Below, piece by piece: positions 8,201 through 16,100 of a stretch of 64,000 nucleotides of DNA. Both the position numbers and the translations under genes were made by a program. The stretch covers positions 25,598 through 89,597 of IMG/VR virus record IMGVR_UViG_3300021962_000061. One strand, written 5' to 3'. Source of the DNA: a virus. Within the stretch, counting starts at the first letter, position 1. Each line of letters starts with the position of its first letter. The notes under the pieces were generated by a model that ran no database searches, was not told the origin of the DNA, and saw nothing but the letters and a program-made list of their open reading frames with translations.

Positions 8201-11100
8201 TTAGTAACAGGTGGGTTAACTGTAGCTGTTGTAAATTCAGCTGTTAGGTTAGCTGTATTTGATTTGTATGGTCGGAAGTCAATTACATCTCTTAGATCAT
8301 AGCTTGTATTTGCTGTAGAAGAGAAGTACTTTGGAATTTCCCATGTTCTGATATACAAACTTGCATTAGCATTTAATGTGTCGTTTGCTGGATAAGAATC
8401 AACAGAGAAGAAACCTTCACCAGTTGTAGCATTTACAACAAAGCAATCAAATTCAACCAACATATGGACGTTAGCTAAACTGCCAAGACCTGACAATGGG
8501 TTGATCGATAGGGTTGCATGGTCATAATGGGTATCATTTTGGCCATCATTTAGTGCAAACTTATTAACCTGGTTTTGTAAGATATTAAAGTTGGATGAAT
8601 TAGTGCCAAAATATACACCTGTTAGGTTGAATACATCCGGTATACCTAAATTCCACGGACCAGTTTCTCCACCAGCATTATTTGCTGTATTAATAATTAC
8701 AACTCTCTTTCTATTAACATCCTTCTTCAATTCGCTTGCTTCATTATTGTAGGCATAGAATCTTACAGCTACATTAGAAGTACCAACATATGTGGAGCCT
8801 AGATTAATTGTTGCTGTTTCTCTATTAACAGCTACTGACAATGATCTCTTTGAACCAGCTGAAGTGTTAAGAGCAATATGTGATCCTTCTACATGTATTC
8901 TTCTATATGTGTTTGCCACTGCTGTTACGGCAGAATCTACAGTCATTGTTGTTGCGTCTGTAATTGCAGTGATTCTTCTTGTTTGGCTTGCACCAATAAA
9001 TTCAATATATTCACCTACAACAAAGTCTTCATTAAATGTTGTTGTAGTACCTGTAATAATATTAGTTGCGGATGCTGCAACTGTGCCTGCTAAGTTGGCA
9101 GACGAAGCATTTGCATCTAACAAGACTACATCTGCTAGTAGTTTAGAAGAATCAGAACCGTCACTGAAGCCAACGATGCCCTTCAATGCGCCAATACCAA
9201 ATGTTATAGTGCCACCGGAAATTAACTGGGCAGTTGTATTTGCTGCTGTATAGAAATAATTAGTATCAAACACGTTGTTTGAATTTCTCAGATTTTTTAC
9301 AGCACGAGCATTCAGATTAAATAGCAGTTGTGGTACAGATGATTCCTTAACGACAGCTAGGCTGTTATCTAGAACAATGTCGGCAAATGCCTCTGTGTTA
9401 GTTGAGTTTGCGGTACCACTGTGGTAAACAATTGATCTAATGTCCTGTGGATTAGATCCATTATTCATTCTGATATTAAACAAATACAATCTATACTGGG
9501 AAGTTGGTTTGCCTTTTGTGCTATCAAATGTGTCGTTAAACTTAACAGCTCTCACATTAGCGTAGCCAATGATTGAACCTGTTGCAGCGGCACCAGGAGA
9601 TCTATTTCCTGACACAGCATCTTGAGCTGCTGAGTATAAGACCACCTCTGTTGATTGGTTGACAGGGAAATAACCCCTAACCTCATCCACAACATAATAA
9701 TTACCATACGATACAGTAATTAATGCTTCATTTACAGATAATGTATCTGTGCCTCTTCTACCAACAACATTAAGGTTGTCTAGCAATTCAATTCTCTTAC
9801 CCTTGACATAGGCAAGACCTTGTGTCACTTCATATACCATATTATTGGTGCTAGTGAAGTCTGGTTTTGTTGTTACACTAAATGGTTTGATTACATAATG
9901 GCCTGATTCTTCGTATGTTCTTTTAGCTAGTTCTTCACCCAGTGTGTTGAACTGAGTATCTGTTCTTTGGAACACAGGTCCATTATTTGAAAATTCTACA
10001 ATTGGGAATGCAATATCAGTGTTTGAAATTGTATTTGCGCCAGTCTTATTACGCGAAATCAACGTTGATGTTAGCTTTAGTCTATGAGCACCGGGTGCAT
10101 TGATATTTGGTGTACCAGAAGCATTGTCATATAAGGAGCTGTCTGTTGTTTCTTTTACAATTTCTTCACTAGTATTAAAATATAATACCTTACCAGCAGG
10201 ATCTCTTCCATTTTCATTGACGATAGTCAAATGTGACTCAACTTTAATAAAATGACCTTTGTGGAAAACAATACCAGGGCTAACAGCTACACCATAAGCA
10301 AACCCTTTTGAGTCATAAAGGGATGCGTTTGTAGCTAAGACTTGAACTGAGTCAATAAATGAGTTAGAGTATGGGATTAAATTAATACTGTCAATTGTTG
10401 CTGAAATATTTGTGTCTGTTGATACAACTACTGTTTCACCAGCTGCAAATTTCTTTCTTACATTTCTTAATTCAACAAAGGAGCCGGAACCATTAGCGTA
10501 TGCATTAACAATAAAACCACGTGCAAGTGATGTTTGGTTAATAATTCTTGCGCCAGTTGGAAAATTCAAGCTATTAGCTGTTGAAGCAGAAGTTATCTTC
10601 AAAACAGTCTTATCAATGTAGGTCTTGCCAGGTATGTAAATATTTAAATATTCACCTTCAGCAAATGTTCTTTCGTTGTTGCTACCTGGTTGCGTATACT
10701 TAACAAAAAATCTAGCAGGATTTGCTGTTGCTGAAAACCCCTCTCTTGCAGCAACAATTTGTGCTACAACACCAGTAGTATTACCAACAGCAATGGCATT
10801 AACAAACTGAGTGTTTGTGGATGATAGTGATGTATTTGTAACAAACTGATCAGCAATTGAAACAAAATCAATATCTGGAAGATAGGAAATACCACATCCT
10901 TTAATAATTGTGCCATCTTTAAAGATGTGCTGGCCAAATCTCTCAATTTGATTTTGTAGAATTGATTGAGCTTGGTTTAGTTCACGAGCTTGGACGGCAA
11001 CGGATGGTCGGAATAGAATTCTGTGGAAATTCTTATTCTCATTGTAATCATCAAAATACGGGGACGCATTTAATGTTGTATTTGCTATGTCAAGGGCCAT
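5278..11100 (-). CDS. large virion structural protein, VrlC/DUF4815-like
   Basis: PYFDDY...HRILFRP..AVQARELNQ.QSILQNQ, PGAHRLK, FTMRDI..LE.RI..LEYYT.L.LLE, RF.NGFFVDPF. Confidence 0.8.
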   Translation of the reverse strand: MALDIANTTLNASPYFDDYNENKNFHRILFRPSVAVQARELNQAQSILQNQIERFGQHIFKDGTIIKGCGISYLPDIDFVSIADQFVTNTSLSSTNTQFVNAIAVGNTTGVVAQIVAAREGFSATANPARFFVKYTQPGSNNERTFAEGEYLNIYIPGKTYIDKTVLKITSASTANSLNFPTGARIINQTSLARGFIVNAYANGSGSFVELRNVRKKFAAGETVVVSTDTNISATIDSINLIPYSNSFIDSVQVLATNASLYDSKGFAYGVAVSPGIVFHKGHFIKVESHLTIVNENGRDPAGKVLYFNTSEEIVKETTDSSLYDNASGTPNINAPGAHRLKLTSTLISRNKTGANTISNTDIAFPIVEFSNNGPVFQRTDTQFNTLGEELAKRTYEESGHYVIKPFSVTTKPDFTSTNNMVYEVTQGLAYVKGKRIELLDNLNVVGRRGTDTLSVNEALITVSYGNYYVVDEVRGYFPVNQSTEVVLYSAAQDAVSGNRSPGAAATGSIIGYANVRAVKFNDTFDSTKGKPTSQYRLYLFNIRMNNGSNPQDIRSIVYHSGTANSTNTEAFADIVLDNSLAVVKESSVPQLLFNLNARAVKNLRNSNNVFDTNYFYTAANTTAQLISGGTITFGIGALKGIVGFSDGSDSSKLLADVVLLDANASSANLAGTVAASATNIITGTTTTFNEDFVVGEYIEFIGASQTRRITAITDATTMTVDSAVTAVANTYRRIHVEGSHIALNTSAGSKRSLSVAVNRETATINLGSTYVGTSNVAVRFYAYNNEASELKKDVNRKRVVIINTANNAGGETGPWNLGIPDVFNLTGVYFGTNSSNFNILQNQVNKFALNDGQNDTHYDHATLSINPLSGLGSLANVHMLVEFDCFVVNATTGEGFFSVDSYPANDTLNANASLYIRTWEIPKYFSSTANTSYDLRDVIDFRPYKSNTANLTAEFTTATVNPPVTNTFNSNTTNYNPFPTSVLSSNFTYYLGRKDRLVLTSDKLFQVEEGLPDVAPRLSPMNSDVLNIAEVDIPPYPSLTDAEKQFVNKPKFHYITQLNLLTHKRFTMRDISILEQRIERLEYYTTLNLLEKVALQTTIADSSGNQRFQNGFFVDPFNSHVFGRTEDPDYRAAIDEKNGLLRPPFHPEIVDVEFDTNTNSYSNVQATGSMITLAYTEEVFLEQPNASEPLNVSGVPLSWAGTIDLRPLKSTRVDYLAPPAAVTGTNGPSLAYNNMNSGQNSIVPGIAQYGFWRLNIDPTDYMYIGGAGDLFQYRDTSGKAFNEIRDQTSTPIATSKQIDLNDVLGDNDNVTMSPSVLYQAKESVFAFKAYGLKPNTTHYLFIDNQYNLTSQAALGELSSTPNAQDETFVTRTTPWGTPLVSDSRGEIIGKFILPAATIKVGVHKLTLVNRESLAAGSDESIAQTFFTIDISANDPPKNPGNPQPGNTTPSSNLFAHYTFTGNTTITSVVTNGITANGTFVLTFTDDSYTNQGTITSYSWNFGAVPGLITCSSNTATGVGPHTISFDTLNSVEDVIVSLAITTSAGATREFAKQIRLTKLLQTGGIAAPGTPTNPEGMLLRLIPSLFDDYSDLKAYGDWSQYTTDIGLGLAVDTLPYNMLTYNAGLSLGSNTTLKILAQPAIDYQGNVVWTVTTQSGDPLPAISYANITQVYVTAGGSNYSNSDTIQFSNGQVDGYASIQTNTTGGIVLVKVTGRGNFTDGTITTPDSFVANSTSNNDFTLSTTSTNTSIQVAINGVLQIGGTDYWVDSGTTLKLINNGDTANTANAAVSDVVYVEYTNVVPGTTIKPVNQIRIRVSNSSVLANSTSNTSAGSGASFLVITGLTSNSIASSPRVENDILTLYSNNTFGAETKVLVKADFYLSNGYANSIGNTSQVFTLKNANTASSSTTTNNTIVVGGGDRSGSLPYSKNSDLRVNLRNV

Positions 11101-11112
11101 TCCTTTACTCCA

Positions 11113-13176
11113 TTAGAACGTAATTACAAGTCTGACTTGTTCGTTTGTAGTATTTGATCTTTGAATTGGTAAAACATTTTGTATGTACAAAATTTCACCG
11201 GAATATAGTTTAGCATCAGGAATTGTTGTTATATAGGTATTACCAATCACCTTAGAGTATTTAGCTCCCGAAGCAGCAATGGTTGGTGTAGCTGCATCCC
11301 CTACAACATAGCCAACACCTGTTATTAATGTGTCGTTGACAAATGTATTAGCACTGCTTATACCACGAGTTTGATCCTTATCCAGTCCTGTTAATACAAT
11401 AGTTGAACTGTTGGAAAATGCTACTTTAGCCATTATCTGGGACCCGCCCCCAGAATTATTAGATCCAACCACATATTCACCTGGAATTAATGACTGAGTT
11501 GCGTCTTGCGTTGCTGTTACTGCTACTGTTTGGTTAAAGAATGATCCTGAAAATCTTGGTCTAATTGTTAAAGCTTCAGCTACAACAGTACGTGAGAACG
11601 GAGATTTAATCTTCAAACTTGTATCACTAACAACTTCAGTTACTTCTTTTTCTTCGTCCAAATAAACAATATAATCGCCAACGTTTACCTGGGCTGTAAA
11701 ATATGTTCCTGTTCCAGTAACAGATGTGCTATCAGCAACCAGATCCATTGTCCCTGTTCCTGTTATTGTGTTTGCAGCAAGAGGATTTTTAATGATACCT
11801 ACAGATCTAAACTCAACTTCTGATGAATGCGAAAATGTTGCTGAATTGGAGAACTGCATACCAATACCAATAGATTGGCAGTATAATTCATCCACTACAT
11901 TGAAGCCATGGCCACCAGGTGGTGATATTACTGCTCTTACTACTGCACCACTACCAAATCCTGTGGACGTCTGAATGTTTACATTAGCTTGCTTATAATT
12001 TTTGCCAGGATTTACAATCTCAATTTTTTGAATGCTACCAGTAAATGTAGTGTTTGAAACATTCTGCATTATAGCATAAGCAATACAATTTGATCCCGTT
12101 TTAGAATTAATCTTTACATACGGTGATATAATATATGGCTGATTATTAGCAACATCTCCTGTGTTAAATGGTGTTTTAACTATAGCAAAATTACCACTGC
12201 TGTTAGAAACATATTCACGAATTTCTTTAACGTATGTTTGATTTGTTGTGTCGTTAGTAATAATTAATGCACAGTTTGAAAAGAATCCATTTGTGGATGA
12301 AGAATCGCTGTCAATTCCAATAACAAAATTATTATTGTTTAATGTTGAAATGGTTCCACTATCAGCTGGATAACTTGAGCCATTTGCTTCAACTGCAAAG
12401 TAGAAAATGGATCCTTCAATTGCCGCATTTTTAACATTTGCATTTTGAAAAATGGGAATAAAGTTATCTGTTGCAAATGTTAGAAAATCACTGTTATTAA
12501 TTTCATACAAAAATAACCATCTATAACCATCCGACTCCTTAGGTGGATATCCCAGCTCAATATGTGTAGGTTCAATTGTTGACCTTCCATCATTGTTATT
12601 TTCAATACATTTGTAAACTTTATTTTCTGATGTTAATACGTAAAAGCTTTTTTCAATTAACTGTGTATCTTTATCGTCATATTTTGAATACAACGTGTTT
12701 GCTTGCCAGACAGTTTTTGAAGCCATTGGAATAACATTATTAGCAGTAATTTTTCTGCCAAACATCATTTCTTCATGCATGAATATGTTACTTTCATATT
12801 CATTATCAATTGTATTTGCAGCAGTTGCTTCATCATCTTCATAAGGGGACTGTCGAGCAGCAAACACATAATAATTGTTATTAACTAACTTACCTTTCTT
12901 ATATGTGTTTGCTGAATATACACTACTAAATGATGCTGCTGTGGATAGATGTGTTGCATTAGTAATGCTTATAATTTGACGGGATTCAGGACCAATAAAA
13001 ATACGGTCATTGACCGTAACCTCGTTAACAAAATTTGTACCAACCCCAACCACAGTTGTGGATGTGGTATTTACGGTAATTGTACCTGATAAGTTAGCAC
13101 TTAAAGTATTAGCAATAGAATCTATAAATGCGTCAACTATATTGGACTTGAATCTTGTTAACATTCTATTTCCCAA
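11113..13176 (-). CDS. gp8: baseplate wedge protein gp8
   Basis: Y.KYDD...FYVLT.E.KVYKCI.NN....S..EPT, DGYRWLFLY, ISPPGGHG, YSGEILY; alternative ATG start at 13164. Confidence 0.85.
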   Translation of the reverse strand: MGNRMLTRFKSNIVDAFIDSIANTLSANLSGTITVNTTSTTVVGVGTNFVNEVTVNDRIFIGPESRQIISITNATHLSTAASFSSVYSANTYKKGKLVNNNYYVFAARQSPYEDDEATAANTIDNEYESNIFMHEEMMFGRKITANNVIPMASKTVWQANTLYSKYDDKDTQLIEKSFYVLTSENKVYKCIENNNDGRSTIEPTHIELGYPPKESDGYRWLFLYEINNSDFLTFATDNFIPIFQNANVKNAAIEGSIFYFAVEANGSSYPADSGTISTLNNNNFVIGIDSDSSSTNGFFSNCALIITNDTTNQTYVKEIREYVSNSSGNFAIVKTPFNTGDVANNQPYIISPYVKINSKTGSNCIAYAIMQNVSNTTFTGSIQKIEIVNPGKNYKQANVNIQTSTGFGSGAVVRAVISPPGGHGFNVVDELYCQSIGIGMQFSNSATFSHSSEVEFRSVGIIKNPLAANTITGTGTMDLVADSTSVTGTGTYFTAQVNVGDYIVYLDEEKEVTEVVSDTSLKIKSPFSRTVVAEALTIRPRFSGSFFNQTVAVTATQDATQSLIPGEYVVGSNNSGGGSQIMAKVAFSNSSTIVLTGLDKDQTRGISSANTFVNDTLITGVGYVVGDAATPTIAASGAKYSKVIGNTYITTIPDAKLYSGEILYIQNVLPIQRSNTTNEQVRLVITF

Positions 13177-13185
13177 ACCTTACTT

Positions 13186-16100
13186 TTAATTATTTATATA
13201 AACGGTATCATAATTTGTTTGGATAGCCGTTTCATATGCAGTTGTAGTTGTTTTGTCAGTTACTATGCTTGTAGCTGTTGTAACAGTTGTATCAAGATCA
13301 GTATCTTTATATACTGTATCAAATGTAGTAATAACTTCTGTTGTTCTTGTGGTATCTCTTACGTATTCAAACGTCTGTGTATTAGTTAGAATATTTGTTG
13401 CTCGACTGGTTAATTTACTACCTGTTAAAAATACAGTTGTAAGTTCAACGTCTGTTAAAGTATCAAACTCGGTAATTCTATCCTTATAATCAATAACAGT
13501 AGTCGTAGATTTTGATGTTAACTGTTGTGTTTGGCCAGAAGCTGTATTATACGTTGTAGATGTTAAAAACGAGGTTGATGTCTGTGTCGATACAGCAGAA
13601 AGAGTGGATTTTGATGTAGCAGTTGACTTTGTAGTTAGCAAAGCGGAAACAGTAGTTGAAGATGTTTCAAATGCTGTTGATGTGATTGATGTAATTGTAC
13701 TTGTTGTCTTTGATGTAGCTGTTTGGAATTGTGTAATCAGTATAGAATCAGTCACTTTGGCTGTGTCAGTTAAAAATGCCGTTGTTGTAGTTGTTGAAGT
13801 ATATGTGTCTCTTGTGGTATTAAATGTTGTTGATCCAAAAGGCGTTGTTAAAAATACTGTATCATAATCTGTTGAAGTTGTCTTACCACCCTCATAGCGA
13901 GTGAATGCAGTAGTGGTTGATTTTGATGTGGATGTTGTTACATCTGTGTCAAGTGCTGTGTCTTTATAAACCGTATCAAATGTAGTTGTAGTAGCTGCAG
14001 AAGATTGGGTAATAGCAAACGTTGTATCAAATGTAGTGGACGTTGATAATGTTGTGTCATACCCAGTTGTTGTGTTGAATGTTGTTAATGTGTTTTTAAC
14101 AGTGGATGTGGTAACATCTGTATCCAGCGAAGTATCTTTATAGGTTGTTGAACCTGTGGTGCTTGTTAGCTTGGATGTTGCTGTACTCTTTGTTGTACCA
14201 AATGTAGTCAGTGTATTTCTAGAAGTGGACAATGTTGTATTTGTATATGTACTTCTTGCAGTTTCAAATGCAGTAGAATATGCTGAAAGATACTGAGTGG
14301 TTGTATTAAATGTAGTATCATAAACAGTATTGTATACTGTTAATGTTCCTACTGTGGTGGCTGTATCCTTTGATGTTTGGCCAGGGTTTGTATTAATAAC
14401 TGTATTGAATGATGTGGTTGTAGTACTAGATGTAAAGAACCCACTTGAAGTGACATAAGTTGTGTTTGTTGTCTTAGATGTACTAATTGTGGTATCAACA
14501 AATGTTCCAGCCCCAGAGTTTGTTTGATATGAAGTGTTATACGAAGTTGTTGTTCCAATTGTAGTTAAATACACTGTACCAATAACAGTCTCAAAAACTG
14601 TGGTTGTATCATAATCACCTGACATTGGATATAGTGTATCAGTTATAATGTCAGTAGATCTTGTTGTTGCCTTTGATGTTACGCTTGACGTTATTGTAAT
14701 TGTGCCCTTAGATGTAAGACCCAGGGATGTAGCAGTTGTTTTGGATGTAGAAGTTGTAACATCTGTTTCAAGAGCAGTATCTCTAAACAGTGTTAAGAAA
14801 GTTGTAGCTGTACTTGAGGTTGTTATATAAGATGTTGTTGTTTGATTGCCTGTATCATAACCAGTATCAAATGCAGTTGATGTATTTACAGATGTCGAAA
14901 ACACAGTATCAAATGTTGATGTAGTTGATTTGGTTGTTGCATAATTTGTAGCGTACGCAGTTGCAGTTGTCTTAGCTGTATCAATATTAGTATCGTAGGT
15001 TGTAGAAGATGTAATTACTGTACTTGATAATGTGTCAAATGCTGTTGTTGTATTTTTAGAGGTAATAACATCTGTTTCAATACTTGTTATATAATCAGTA
15101 TCATATACTGTAGATGTTGACTTAGATGTTATGGATGATGTTGAAGTATTACGGGCTGTATTGTATGCAGTTGCAAATTCTGTAGAAGAGTCATACACAG
15201 TTGTAATTTCTGTACCTCTTCTTGTATCGTATGTGGTATTAATAACTGTACTTGTTGAGTATTCAGTAACGCGAGACACCGTAGCAAAGTTACTTACAAA
15301 TACTGTAGATCTACTGGTTGTTGTTGGCTTGTCAGTTGCTTGTGAAGTATTGAAGTATGTTATCACCTCAGTACCCTTAGACAAAGCTGTTGCTCTAGAT
15401 GTTGATATGGACGTGTCAAATGTTGTTGATGTATCAAATTGTGACACATATCCAGTTGTAGTGCTCTTTGATGTACTGTACTGGGATGCATACTCAGTAT
15501 CTACTACTGTGTTGTAAAGACTTGAAGTCGTTCTGGCAGTGGCCTTCACAAGGTCTGTGTTGCGACTATCACTCAATGTTGTTTCATAAGAAGTTGCAAT
15601 TGATGTTGATGTGTCAATAGTTGTATCTGCAACACTGTCATATGCTGTAGTTGTTGATACGTTTGTTGATAAAGATGTGTTGAACGCAGATGCTGTAGTT
15701 TTTGAGGTAGCAACTAACGTATTATAAGTTTCGTATGTTGTTACAAAAACGCTACTGTAAACTGTGTCGTATACTGAAGTAGTTGCAATTAATGTTGGGT
15801 TTGTAGTAGCAACAACTGTGTCACGCAATGTGTTTCTGTTTTGGAACACAAACTCTGTGTCAGTAACTTTGGATGTTAAAACATTTGTATCTACAGAAGT
15901 TATAATACCAGCAACCGTTTCATATTGCGTTTGATACGTTGAACTGTAAACAGTTTGTGTAGCTAGGATAACATATGTTGTTGTAGTGTTAACATCTGTA
16001 TCCCGTGAGGTTGAGCGGTTTGTTGTACTAGCAAATGTAGTAGCCGTGTTTCTACTTTCATCCACACCGGTATCATAAGTTGTTGTAGTATCAAAAATTG

